Shown: positions 52,482 to 62,535 of the stretch, in pieces
How positions within the stretch are numbered: the first letter of the stretch is position 1
Layout: every line of letters begins with the position of its first letter
Assembly: GCA_036339465.1 (NCBI GenBank)
Contig: JAYZAY010000011.1
Location: 32,001-96,000 of the forward strand
Length of the DNA: 64,000 nt
Reading direction: 5' to 3'
From: Myxococcota bacterium
Lineage (GTDB): Bacteria > Myxococcota > XYA12-FULL-58-9 > JABJBS01
Made by a program: the position numbers and the translations under genes
Notes under the pieces: generated by a model
Told to the model about the DNA's origin: nothing
The model's input: only the letters and a program-made list of their open reading frames with translations
The model's database searches: none

Positions 52482-53612
52482 TTAGCCGTCGGAACCTAGA
52501 TGCTGGGGCGGATGATAGTCGACGAGTTCGACCGCCTCGGGCGCCAAATTCAATTCTATTGAGCGGCGCATGCCCTGGGCATCGCCTGAATGCTGAAAAG
52601 GAAAAGGCTGGTTAAGCTCGATTTTAACGTCTTTTACGAGAAAATCATGGAGTTTCTTTTGGTTGCGATACGCTCCTCGCCAAAGGGTTGGGAGTCTTCC
52701 GAGCGCGTTCAATGGTCCCATGCTTGCAATTCGCAATTGCATGTATCCAGGCATGATATTGGCGAATGGATAGGCTTTAAATCTATAGCCGAAGTAGGGT
52801 TGTGTTGCCGCACCCACCATGTGGGCACGGCCTTCCTAAAGTGTTGTTCCGGCTGGAAGGAGGATAGAGGCATCTCCCCTCCGCGAATCAACAAAGTACG
52901 CGTCCGAATGGGTGCTCACATTTACTTCCAGCCCAGAGTGCCCTGAGAGCATTCGAGGTACGGTCCGTGTGATGGCCGCAAACAGATAACCCAGGACCGA
53001 ATGCATCAGTGATTTCAATAAGGGATGGTTGGTGTTGTTTTTCATCCTATTGTAATCATTGAGAATGATGGAATCGTATCCAAGGCCAGCCAGAAAGCAG
53101 TATTGGCCTCCCACATCGATCATGGGAAGATAGTGGCTCCGACCTGGAACGAGGCTGACCAAGCGCTTGAGGTCTTTTAGGGGATGTCTGGCTCCCACCA
53201 CCGGTGCAATGCCATTGCCGGTTCCAAGCTTCAAGAAAGCAAACCGAGGCATCGGAAGTAATTGTTGGGAATTGCCAAACTTTTCGGATTGCGAAAGTCT
53301 CCAGCGGTTGGCTTCATCGACATATTTTCGGATAAAATTGATGGTACCAGTGAGGGTTCCATCTCCGCCGCCACATGCAACCGTTCCGTACCCTTTTTGG
53401 ACCAATTCTCTGGATATTGCTTCTGCCTCATCTAGGCTGGCGGAATAAAAGACATTGTCTGATCCCACGATGCCCCTGCAGCGGCCCACCAGGTCTTTTG
53501 TGACCAATCGGGCGTTCTGGTTGAGGATCACCGCAACTTTTTCCCGGTTGACCGTTTGATAATGTGGCTGTTCTGGAAAGGATTTATCAGAGGAAATATT
53601 GTGAATATGCAT
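52482..53612 (-). pseudogene. Diacylglycerol/lipid kinase family gene interrupted by an in-frame TAG (52836-52838)
   Basis: N..A, GGGDGT, LGTGNG, AGLGYD in the first part; PYFG, QHSGD in the second part, same frame (TTL*EGRAHM). Confidence 0.78.
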
Positions 53613-53686
53613 ACTCCGCCCTCTGCCGTTGGGTGTTTTTATACTGATTGGACAATCCATGAGTTCTTTGGCACAGCCACGCAACA

Positions 53687-53702
53687 TGCAGAAATCATGC
53701 CA
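53687..53702 (-). promoter_or_regulatory. Putative sigma54 (-24/-12) promoter
   Basis: Minus strand TGGCATG-ATTT-CTGCA (GG-N10-GC), 75 nt upstream of ATG 53612. Confidence 0.6.
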
Positions 53703-53850
53703 TAAATAACCAAGAAGATAGGCACGAAACCGCAATAATACCGATGGTATACGTTTCTGCCTGTGTCACTTTTTTAATAGCGCAATCGATCCGCGTAATC
53801 GAATGCGCATTTTTTTTCCTTCACTGGCAGATCATTACGCACTTTAAAGA

Positions 53851-54495
53851 CTATTTGGGGACTTGCTCCCAGTCAGCGAGAAATTTTTCGAGTCCGTGGG
53901 CAGTTAGGGGATGTTCTACGAGCTGCTTGAGGACTTTGAATGGAATAGTTGCGGCATGTGCTCCTGCAAGGGCAACATCCACGACCTGTCTCGGGCTACG
54001 TATACTCGCGGCCAGAACCTGCGTGCTAAAAAGATGGATGTCAAATATGGTTACCAATTCATGAATGAGGGTCATGCCTACGCTCGAAACATCGTCGAGT
54101 CGACCGATGAAGGGTGAGAGATAGGTGGCACCAGCCTTTGCTGCTAAAAGTCCCTGGGCACCAGAGAAGCACAAAGTTACGTTGGTTTGGATGTTCTCCT
54201 GAGATACAACCCTGACTGTTTTTAACCCTTCCGTCGTAAGGGGGATTTTTACCACAATATTTGGATCTATATCGGCCAACGTACGTGCTTCTGGAATCAT
54301 TTTATCTGCATCGACCTCTATACATTCTGCGGAGATCGGCCCATCGACAATACCGCAAATTTCGAGAATGACTTCGTCAAAATTGCGACCAGATTGGGCG
54401 ATTAGAGAAGGGTTGGTCGTAACGCCATCGATGATCCCCCATGAATTTGCTTCGCGGATCTCGTCTAGGTTGGCTGAATCAATGAAAATCTTCAT
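53851..54495 (-). CDS. Transaldolase / fructose-6-phosphate aldolase family (TalC/MipB)
   Basis: [13 protein letters not shown] (Schiff-base Lys), NVTLCFS, SPFIGR (the Phe favours transaldolase), AASIR; GGAGG RBS. Confidence 0.93.
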   Translation of the reverse strand: MKIFIDSANLDEIREANSWGIIDGVTTNPSLIAQSGRNFDEVILEICGIVDGPISAECIEVDADKMIPEARTLADIDPNIVVKIPLTTEGLKTVRVVSQENIQTNVTLCFSGAQGLLAAKAGATYLSPFIGRLDDVSSVGMTLIHELVTIFDIHLFSTQVLAASIRSPRQVVDVALAGAHAATIPFKVLKQLVEHPLTAHGLEKFLADWEQVPK

Positions 54496-54761
54496 ACCGA
54501 TGCCTCCCAAGCAGGTGATTGTATTATCAACAGGTTTTAGGCAATAGCGAGGGGCTAGAGCCGATGTCAACAATGAGTACCACATGACGAATCTCTAGAG
54601 AACCTATTGTCAATGATCTGTTCCTTCCCTATGTAGCTGACTTGCTTTAGCATTCTTGGGTAAACACTCTTGACAATTGAAGCTACTGTCCACTACAAGG
54701 CGCCTCCCGCAAGGGTGTGTTGTCCAATGGCGATTCGCCAATGGCATTGGAGGTATGAGAT

Positions 54762-55070
54762 ATGTTCGCAGTTATTCGAACGGGTGGAAAACAACACCGA
54801 GTCATTTCTGGTGAGCGTTTGAAAATCGAGAAATTAGTGGGTGATGTGGGTGCAGAATTCGCATTTGATGACATCCTGATGGTTGGTGGTGAGGAGCTGA
54901 AGATTGGGCAGCCTCTGGTCGAGGGTGCCAGTGTCAAAGCGAAGATTGTCGCCCATGGCCGAGGTAAGAAGCTCAAGGTCTTCAAGAAGAAGCGTCGTAA
55001 AGGCTTCCATAAAATGATTGGTCACCGTCAGTCTTTCACTGAAGTAGAAATTACAGAGATTTCTGCATAA
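54762..55070 (+). CDS. rplU: 50S ribosomal protein L21
   Basis: MFAVIRTGGKQ, KKKRRK, GHRQ. Confidence 0.98.
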   Translation: MFAVIRTGGKQHRVISGERLKIEKLVGDVGAEFAFDDILMVGGEELKIGQPLVEGASVKAKIVAHGRGKKLKVFKKKRRKGFHKMIGHRQSFTEVEITEISA

Positions 55071-55101
55071 AGGTACTCGAATAGAAAGGTAGGTTACTTC
55101 C

Positions 55102-55371
55102 ATGGCGCATAAAAAAGGTCAGGGTTCAACCCGTAACGGTCGAGATTCTAATCCAAAATACCGTGGCGTGAAGCGTGCTGATGGTATGCTGGTTAAAGGC
55201 GGCAATATTCTAGTTCGCCAATTGGGAACCAAGATTCATCCAGGACAAGAAGTTGGTATGGGTAAAGACTTTACTCTTTTTGCTAAGGTGGATGGTGTGG
55301 TGCATTATAAGCAGAGCAAGGGACGTACGGTTGCGGTTGTCACGCCTGTGGACATGGCAGAACGCGCGTAA
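55102..55371 (+). CDS. rpmA: 50S ribosomal protein L27
   Basis: [24 protein letters not shown]. Confidence 0.98.
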   Translation: MAHKKGQGSTRNGRDSNPKYRGVKRADGMLVKGGNILVRQLGTKIHPGQEVGMGKDFTLFAKVDGVVHYKQSKGRTVAVVTPVDMAERA

Positions 55372-55413
55372 GCTTAATTCCTCTTTTTCTTTCCTTTATC
55401 GACTGTTTTCAAG

Positions 55414-56487
55414 ATGGCATATAAATTTGTTGACGAGGTCCGCGTGCATGTTCGCTCGGGCAATGGTGGCGCTGGTTGCGTTTCTTTCCGACGTGAGAAA
55501 CACGTGGAATTCGGTGGTCCCGATGGTGGCAACGGTGGTCGCGGAGGCGATGTCATTGTCACGGTTGACCCTCAACGATCAACCCTTCTAGACTATAAAT
55601 TCAAACCGAAGCATTTTGCAGAGAACGGATGTGCTGGCGAAGGTAACCAATGTAGTGGCCGAGATGGTAAGCCAGTTATTCTCTATGTACCTAAAGGAAC
55701 CGTGGTCTATAACGATGAGACCGACGAGGTTTTAGCGGACCTGTGCGATGCTTCGGATTCGCTTTCCCTACTGACCGGTGGTCGTGGCGGAAAAGGAAAT
55801 GAACATTTCAAATCATCTACTCGACAGGCACCACGCTTTGCTCAACCGGGGGAGGATGGTGCGGAGTTATCGCTTCGCTTGGAGTTAAAATTATTGGCCG
55901 ATGTCGGGCTCATTGGTATGCCAAGTGTAGGTAAATCCTCTCTAATCTCTCGAATTTCAGCTGCGAAACCGAAAATTGCAGATTATCCTTTCACAACGCT
56001 AACCCCGAATTTGGGGGTGGTACAGTTCGGGATTGCGCAGCACTATGTTGTGGCTGATGTGCCTGGATTGATTCCGGGGGCTCATGAAGGGGCGGGGCTG
56101 GGCAGTCGCTTTTTGAGACATGTCGAGAGAGTCAGTATTTTGGTGCATCTCATAACGATCACCGAGGAGGAACCGGGTCGAGATCCCATCGTGGACTTTG
56201 AATGTATTGAGCGAGAGCTTGCTTTACATGAAGAAGAACTCACTAGAGTTACTCGAATCTTGGTGCTTAATCGAATGGATTTGCCCCATGTTGCTCACAA
56301 TGCAAAAACCGTTGCCGATTATGCCTCAGAAAAAGACCTACCATACTTTGCTGTTTCTGCAGCTACAGGGGAGGGGCTCGTAGAATTGGTTAATTATTTG
56401 GGGGAAGTGGTTTCACGTCACAAAGAAAACGAGTCTAGTGAAGGTAAGTTCTCAGCTCATAGGGGAACTTTGAAGCGTGGCGACTAG
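55414..56487 (+). CDS. obgE: GTPase ObgE/CgtA
   Basis: Gly-rich Obg domain, GMPSVGKS, YPFTT, DVPG; follows rpmA. Confidence 0.97.
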   Translation: MAYKFVDEVRVHVRSGNGGAGCVSFRREKHVEFGGPDGGNGGRGGDVIVTVDPQRSTLLDYKFKPKHFAENGCAGEGNQCSGRDGKPVILYVPKGTVVYNDETDEVLADLCDASDSLSLLTGGRGGKGNEHFKSSTRQAPRFAQPGEDGAELSLRLELKLLADVGLIGMPSVGKSSLISRISAAKPKIADYPFTTLTPNLGVVQFGIAQHYVVADVPGLIPGAHEGAGLGSRFLRHVERVSILVHLITITEEEPGRDPIVDFECIERELALHEEELTRVTRILVLNRMDLPHVAHNAKTVADYASEKDLPYFAVSAATGEGLVELVNYLGEVVSRHKENESSEGKFSAHRGTLKRGD

Positions 56488-56517
56488 AGAATAGCATCAC
56501 GATTTACTTATGACTCA

Positions 56518-57297
56518 CTAGTTTAGAGAAATGGCTCTGGGGAGTTCAGCCAAGAGCTTTTCGCATTCTTGATGCCATAGTTCCATGGATTGTTTGAGGA
56601 AAAAACTCGCTTCCTCATAATCGTCCATTGCTTCTTGCAGAATTTTTGACGCTTCCTGATAGCGACCTTCATCAATCAAGCCCCGCCCGAGAAGGGTCTT
56701 GTGTTTCACCCGTGGAGATTCCTCGACCAGTTTTTCGAGTGTTCTGAGCATTAAATCCCCGTTTTCCAGTTTGTGATACACGGCGGCGAGGTCTAACCAC
56801 GGGTCGTATTCTCGAAATGAGGGATCAATTTCTATCAATTGTGAAAAGCATCTACGGGCACGTTCAAAATCCCCTTTTTGAACGAGGGCTCGTCCAAACC
56901 AATAGATTGCTTCTGAATCAGTTCGGTCGAGGGAAATACACGTCTCGAAGACACCGATACTTTCTTCCAGTCTATTGGCTCCAAGAAGCGCTTTTCCGAG
57001 TTTAATTTGGTTTTGTAGGCTAGGGGTTTCTTTGACCTCCTGGCGGAGCTTGCCAAGGGGTTCGGTATCAGGTTGAGACAGCCCCGAATCGCCGCTTCCC
57101 GAGGCGGCGGGCACAGTGGACTGCATACCCAGGAACTGAGGTAGGACCGCAAATAGAAAGTAAATTAACGCGCCCCAAGGAATAAATATGATGATCAGAT
57201 ACCAAAATAGATCTGCTTTTTGACGATAGGCATGAAACAACATCCAAACATGAAAAATAATAACGAGTGTAACTACGAGTGCATTCACGAGTACCAA
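56518..57297 (-). CDS. Membrane-anchored TPR protein
   Basis: Two N-terminal TM helices (W..II...P.G..IYF) followed by TPR-like helices. Confidence 0.75.
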   Translation of the reverse strand: MVLVNALVVTLVIIFHVWMLFHAYRQKADLFWYLIIIFIPWGALIYFLFAVLPQFLGMQSTVPAASGSGDSGLSQPDTEPLGKLRQEVKETPSLQNQIKLGKALLGANRLEESIGVFETCISLDRTDSEAIYWFGRALVQKGDFERARRCFSQLIEIDPSFREYDPWLDLAAVYHKLENGDLMLRTLEKLVEESPRVKHKTLLGRGLIDEGRYQEASKILQEAMDDYEEASFFLKQSMELWHQECEKLLAELPRAISLN

Positions 57298-57402
57298 CCT
57301 ATTGACGATGATAGAGACAGTGTTCAGCGAGCCTTCTCTGCCTAGTCTTAACCATAAATGATTTTACAAAAATTGACCACACTTCATATGAATCTTGGCG
57401 CT

Positions 57403-57819
57403 TCAAGAGAGTTCCGCAACAATCTTCGGTGCCAGTGACTCTCCTTCAGTTGGTGACAAAGAGCCCGAAGGCCACCCAACCCCCAAACCTTGAGTGGAGT
57501 TCGGTTTGGGAATTATATGAAAATGTACGTGCATGACAGCCTGGTGGGCCCCTATTCCGTTGTTTTGTAGGAGGTTGTACTCCCTGATGCCCGTGGCTTT
57601 AGACACGGCTTTACAGAGCCGCGGCAAAACTCGGCCGAGCTCAGCTGCAGCATTTTCAGAGAGATCTTCAAGCTTTTCTACTGCCTCTTTAGGTATGACC
57701 AAAGTATGTCCGGGACTGACGGGATTAATGTCTAAGAAAGCCAAGACATGATCATTTTCAAATAATTTGTGGCACGGTAATTCACCGCGAATGATTTTAC
57801 CAAAAATGGTATCAGCCAT
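57403..57819 (-). CDS. HIT family hydrolase
   Basis: TIFGKII, AFLDINP, GHTLVIPK, HVHFH. Confidence 0.95.
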   Translation of the reverse strand: MADTIFGKIIRGELPCHKLFENDHVLAFLDINPVSPGHTLVIPKEAVEKLEDLSENAAAELGRVLPRLCKAVSKATGIREYNLLQNNGIGAHQAVMHVHFHIIPKPNSTQGLGVGWPSGSLSPTEGESLAPKIVAELS

Positions 57820-57877
57820 TTGGAACCTCTTTTCTCGAAACTTCATGTTCTATATCTATAGGGGGGCTATTTGGGGA

Positions 57878-58585
57878 TTAACTGTGTTGATCCCATAATT
57901 TTTCAGCTATAAAGCCATGACTTAATAGGATGCTTTTCCCCTCTGTTGTGAGTAGGCCCCGTCGCTGAAACTCAGAAAGGACCCTTGAAACAGTTTCCCG
58001 TGAAGTACCAATCATTGACGCGAGATCTTGTTGTGTCGGCCTTTTGGGGATCAAGATGGTGGTGTCTTCCTGTTCTACTCCATCGGTTTTTGCCATTTCT
58101 ATGAGTACTCTAGCAAGGCGACTGTAGACGTCGAGAAGTCCAAGGTTTCCGATTATTTCACTTGAACGGCGGAGACGTGCGCTCATCTCTGTAATAATAT
58201 TCAGGGAAGTCATTGGGTGCTTCTTGAGGTGGGCGATGAAATCGGTTCGGCGAAGCTGCAAGAGAATGGTTTTTTCCATGGTCTCGATGGTTGCGGAACG
58301 AGGTTGCCCGTCGATTAGACTCATTTCCCCAAAAAAATCTCCGAGCTTGAAGATTGTTAGAATCATCTCGCGGTCAGATTCCTCCGTTTGAACGGTAACT
58401 TTGACTCGGCCTTCTGCAACGACGTAGAGAGAGTCGCCCTGGTCATGTTGGCGAAAAACCAATGTATCTTTCTTCAGTCTGAGGGTTTGAACCACAGCAG
58501 TGAGCTCTAGTAACTCCGCATCCTGTAGGTCACGGAAAATGCTCACGTTTTTAAAGAGGTCGGTGGCATTGATTTTAGTCCTCAT
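57878..58585 (-). CDS. Crp/Fnr family transcriptional regulator
   Basis: FFGEMSL, RSAT, HTH TQQDLASMIGTSRETVSR. Confidence 0.95.
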   Translation of the reverse strand: MRTKINATDLFKNVSIFRDLQDAELLELTAVVQTLRLKKDTLVFRQHDQGDSLYVVAEGRVKVTVQTEESDREMILTIFKLGDFFGEMSLIDGQPRSATIETMEKTILLQLRRTDFIAHLKKHPMTSLNIITEMSARLRRSSEIIGNLGLLDVYSRLARVLIEMAKTDGVEQEDTTILIPKRPTQQDLASMIGTSRETVSRVLSEFQRRGLLTTEGKSILLSHGFIAEKLWDQHS

Positions 58586-59250
58586 GGCGTTTGTTCACTT
58601 CCTATCGTAATTTTCGAATCAACAGGTTTTGGTGGTGTAGGCGTCTCATCTATAAGATTTTCATGTTGTGTATCTGTTTCAGTGGCTTGATTTTTTGAGG
58701 TACCAATCCGAGCCCGCGGTTCGATGGATTTATCAAGTCGTATGCTGGCTTCTTCGCACCTTTTTCGCACTTGGGCTGAAACATCAGTTTTTGCCAGCTG
58801 TTTAAGCAGTCTTAGATTTGAATAATCTCTATAACCCAAGAGTTCACATGCGGCACCCCGTACGCTGGCTTCCCGGTGTTTCAATAGGTGAATGGTTGCG
58901 CTTGGTACGGCCTGTTTTTCTCTTGCTTCTTGATACCTACTGTATTCTTGCTGGATTAGAGCAGTGAGAAAGACGGCAGCAAAGCCTATTTGTGCAAGGG
59001 CCCGAATCAACGGGAAGCGTCCCATTTTCACGAGTACTAAGCGATCGATGGCATACATGAAGACGAATACCACAAAGGCAATGGGAGCGAGAATCGCCTT
59101 TGTGACCGAGAGATCCCAGGTGCTCACAGCCTCCCAAACTACGTCAGACAGGAAAAAACTACTACCAGCACTGAGTACGAGCATCGCGTAAAGTGCCAAG
59201 TGTAGGTTATGCCGGTCCTTGACTCGATTTTTGAGGATTTTATTCCTCAC
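58582..59250 (-). CDS. Membrane protein with a HEAT-like repeat
   Basis: Three TM segments, then LL.H..ASVR.AACELLG and D....VR..C; overlaps the crp start by 4 nt. Confidence 0.7.
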   Translation of the reverse strand: MRNKILKNRVKDRHNLHLALYAMLVLSAGSSFFLSDVVWEAVSTWDLSVTKAILAPIAFVVFVFMYAIDRLVLVKMGRFPLIRALAQIGFAAVFLTALIQQEYSRYQEAREKQAVPSATIHLLKHREASVRGAACELLGYRDYSNLRLLKQLAKTDVSAQVRKRCEEASIRLDKSIEPRARIGTSKNQATETDTQHENLIDETPTPPKPVDSKITIGSEQTP

Positions 59251-59429
59251 TCTAGTTCTCCCATTCTTCTGGAAAGATTGCGGCAGCTTTTTGGCCTTGA
59301 TGAAGCCCCGCGTTTCGAAAAGGGCATTTCTCAGCCACAGTCTTGCAATAATACGTATTTAGTGTCCCTTATACGAATATTCAAGACCAGAAAGCAACGT
59401 TGTTGGATTGATTCCTGGTAACCATAATC

Positions 59430-59850
59430 AAAGGGAGATTTCTTGTTGTTAGAGGGGAAGCATCACAATCTTGGAGCAGTTGATAGTTTCCTGAATGGTC
59501 TCTATTTTCCTTGCTTCTCTAAGGCTTTAACGAAATTGGCCGAATGGGTGGCAGTACGCTCACACCCACATAGTGACAGACCCAGTTTACAGCTCGGTCT
59601 ATTTGACCTTTTTGATTTCGAGCAAGAGAAAATTAGAATTCATCCGTGTTTGGGGCAGGAATGGATCCCTAGATACTGCGTTCGTTGGGTTGTCTGTCAT
59701 GAAATACGCCATGAAGTGTAGGTTGTGGAGAGAGTGAGGGTACGATTATTGTCTTAGGTAAGTGATTTTGGGTTGTTAGAAGAAACCTATCCCGTAGATG
59801 AGTGGAGTGAAGCATGGGAGTCCCAGAATTTTTTCCCGGTGATTGATTGG
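59430..59850 (+). pseudogene. Decayed SprT/YgjP-like zinc metallopeptidase
   Basis: GKHHNL..LN..YF, IRIHP.L...IPRY...VVCHEIRH, then a stop; the tail F..LEETYP....AWE..N lies beyond stops at 59719 and 59754. Confidence 0.6.
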
Positions 59851-59878
59851 CAGAGAGTATCGGCGGAGAAGAGTTGTG

Positions 59879-61204
59879 ATGAAGGAAAGACAAAAGATGT
59901 TGGGTACCCAAAACGGAAAATGGATTTTGATTTGCCTTGGAACAGTCGTGGCTTCGGTTCCAACTATGAGTTTGAGTGAATCGCGAAGTTCCCTTGAGCA
60001 ATATCAGATTCAATTACCAGAGGTTCCTATTCGCTATGAGCCCTTAAGAAGAGCGGCTCTGGGTTCAAGAGCGATTTTACCTCTCCGGGCGGTCGAGGTC
60101 AAAGACCGTAAGGCTATGAGAAACTGGCTAGATTTGTTGGCCCAATATCACGGGAAATACGGCGGCTTGAGTCCTATGGATAAGGAGCAATTAAAGTTCT
60201 TTATGAATAAGACGGAGCAGTGGTCCAGCCAATTAATGAAGACGGTTTACTGCGATGGGCGTAGTATTGTTAGAGCGTTAGTCAATGAGCTCAAAGCGGA
60301 CAGGCAATATTATCAGAATACGAATTATAGGATGGAGAACCAGCAACCTGAAAAAGTACTCACCCATCCAGACTATGTATCCGTAGCAGCCGTCTTGTCA
60401 GTCGAGGAAGAGTGCTTACCCATAGGATTACGGAGTATTGCTTCGTATTTGGTAGGAATCTATCTCACAAAATCCAGGCGGTATGATGCAGCCCAAAAGG
60501 CATGGCTCCGGACCATGAACTACGGGGAGTCGGTTGTTGCGACAGAAACGGCTTTTCGATTGGGGCTTTTGGCGCTTCGTTCGGGTCAATTTGATGAAGC
60601 CGCCCGTTGGCTTCGTGTTGTTCAACAGGGACCGTATCGAACGGATGCGCTACTGGGAGTGGCTTGGGTTGATGCCCAGCGGGGGAACTGTGATGGCGTT
60701 TTAAATGCAGCGCAGGAGTTTGAGCAAACAAATACACAGGAAGAGGTGGGTCGTCTTATCGGGCCACAGCTTGTTGAACTGGTGGTGCACTGTGCGGCTT
60801 ATCAAATTTCGACTAAGCGTGTTATGGCAGCTTTACCGAGCTATAGAGGTGCGGTTGAAAAAGGACTACGTGAGTTAGAGGGGCAGCGTGCAAAGAAGCC
60901 TTTGAGGATTCTACTGTCGGATGATCTTCAGAGATGTTATTCACAGGTTGTTTGGAAGCTTGGGGATACTCCAAGTTTACACATTGATGTTCTTCTGAGG
61001 GGTGGTCTTCCCGAATTAGCATTGTCTTCGGAGTCTAAGCACTTGGTTGGTACTGAAGCTCAGAAAGCCGTTTTGGAGCAGATCCAGAGTTGCCTTCTCC
61101 GTAGAATCGATTTTTCTTGGCCCACAGACAGTCGAAATTTTCAGCTTGAAGTCATTCTTCGCCGGCCTCCGGATTTTATGGACCAGCGGCTTAGTGAGCG
61201 TTAG
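59879..61204 (+). CDS. Hypothetical exported protein with a TPR-like region
   Basis: ~440-aa ORF, hydrophobic N-terminus, helical repeats (AFRLG.., DALLGVAWV). Start uncertain. Confidence 0.6.
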   Translation: MKERQKMLGTQNGKWILICLGTVVASVPTMSLSESRSSLEQYQIQLPEVPIRYEPLRRAALGSRAILPLRAVEVKDRKAMRNWLDLLAQYHGKYGGLSPMDKEQLKFFMNKTEQWSSQLMKTVYCDGRSIVRALVNELKADRQYYQNTNYRMENQQPEKVLTHPDYVSVAAVLSVEEECLPIGLRSIASYLVGIYLTKSRRYDAAQKAWLRTMNYGESVVATETAFRLGLLALRSGQFDEAARWLRVVQQGPYRTDALLGVAWVDAQRGNCDGVLNAAQEFEQTNTQEEVGRLIGPQLVELVVHCAAYQISTKRVMAALPSYRGAVEKGLRELEGQRAKKPLRILLSDDLQRCYSQVVWKLGDTPSLHIDVLLRGGLPELALSSESKHLVGTEAQKAVLEQIQSCLLRRIDFSWPTDSRNFQLEVILRRPPDFMDQRLSER

Positions 61205-62535
61205 AGCGTTAGAGTTAGACCGGACAAAAGCATCCCGGGAAGCTCCATGGAGCTTGTAGAGCGGCGATGGTAGGTACTGGAGTCAAATAGACGCTCTGTG
61301 GATTTTGTCAGATTTACGAGATTTTCTCCGAGCATCCTAAAGAGTGAATCGTCGAACCTCATAACATTCAGAGGGGCGCGTATCCTTCCACCTTCGACCC
61401 AGAAAGTTGCAAAACGCGTCATCCCTGTCATCCGGCAGTTATTCCGATCGGAAAAATTCAAGTACCACAGATTCGAGATGTAGAGGCCCGTATCAAGTTC
61501 GGACAAAATCTCAGATTCTTCTAAGGTGCCGCCATCAATCCTTAATGAATCTGGGTGTTCGTGATTTTCAGCGCCATTTGTATCTACGCCGTACTCTTGT
61601 GCCGAACGTGGGGATGTTAGGGCTGTTCCGAATTGACCTGCATGAATTAAATCAATTTTGTTCTGTTTGAGGAACCCAAAGGAGTTAAATCGCGGAGAAA
61701 CACCGCTCTCACTCTCTTCTCGTATGTTTATCCTAGAGTCGAGATTCTTCTCACCGTTAACCATTTTTAGCAAACTGCTTGTTTTGGTCTCGATGGACTT
61801 TTTGGAAAAGGAGCCCCATTTTAAGAGCCCACATATTTCCGATACTGCTTTGGGAGTGAGAAAAACTCGATACGTTCCTGGTCTGATGGTCTTTTGTGGC
61901 GCCTTGAGGAGGGATAATCGTTCCTGAGTTTTCCGTAGCTTGGATTCTAGGATTTCTTCATTCCACTCGAAGCCTGCATATCCTCCCTTCGCTGCTTTAT
62001 CACTGTGACTGAAAATACTCCAATCAAAATTAAAACTCGGCTGAGAGAACCAGTTTTTTTGGCCCAGTGAGTTTGCAAAGCCGGTGAATATTTCACCATG
62101 AGCGAGGATTCCGACCAAGTCATACTCTTCATTCAGGCACGTTATACGCCCAATTGCTTCGTGAATTGGTGGAAGTGCGGATTTCTTTTCGTAGTAAGTG
62201 GATTTTGCCTGAGTATTGTAATTAAGAAAAGGGTCGTCAGGTAAGAAGGATAGGCGAGTTGTCAGTGCTTGTAGGAGCTTGCTCAACCGTTGAAGGTCTA
62301 AATTGGGATTTCCGCAAAGAGTTATCGTCGCTTCCGCAATTTTTTGACCCGAGATAAGCTTTAGGCTTATCTCAAATTGTTCAACTGTTCCGGATTGTCG
62401 CACCTTACCGTGGTTAAATCTGACGAAGTTAGAGACCTCTCCGTGAATTGATGCCAAAAGTGTTTGTTCGGTCCCAATTGCCTTTTGAAGTGTTTGGAAG
62501 AGTTCAAAAAAATAAGTTTCGGGTCCGTGGGTCAT
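61201..62535 (-). CDS. TldE/PmbA family protein
   Basis: FVRFN, PG.Y.V.L.P, LWYLN, TGMTR; coupled to tldD. Confidence 0.88.
   Translation of the reverse strand: MTHGPETYFFELFQTLQKAIGTEQTLLASIHGEVSNFVRFNHGKVRQSGTVEQFEISLKLISGQKIAEATITLCGNPNLDLQRLSKLLQALTTRLSFLPDDPFLNYNTQAKSTYYEKKSALPPIHEAIGRITCLNEEYDLVGILAHGEIFTGFANSLGQKNWFSQPSFNFDWSIFSHSDKAAKGGYAGFEWNEEILESKLRKTQERLSLLKAPQKTIRPGTYRVFLTPKAVSEICGLLKWGSFSKKSIETKTSSLLKMVNGEKNLDSRINIREESESGVSPRFNSFGFLKQNKIDLIHAGQFGTALTSPRSAQEYGVDTNGAENHEHPDSLRIDGGTLEESEILSELDTGLYISNLWYLNFSDRNNCRMTGMTRFATFWVEGGRIRAPLNVMRFDDSLFRMLGENLVNLTKSTERLFDSSTYHRRSTSSMELPGMLLSGLTLTL

Noticed and set aside
46718..52838. Alternative genetic code (TGA or TAG reassigned) explaining the in-frame stops
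   Set aside because: TGA ends prs and TAG ends frr and rplI at their expected C-termini, so both are normal stops here.
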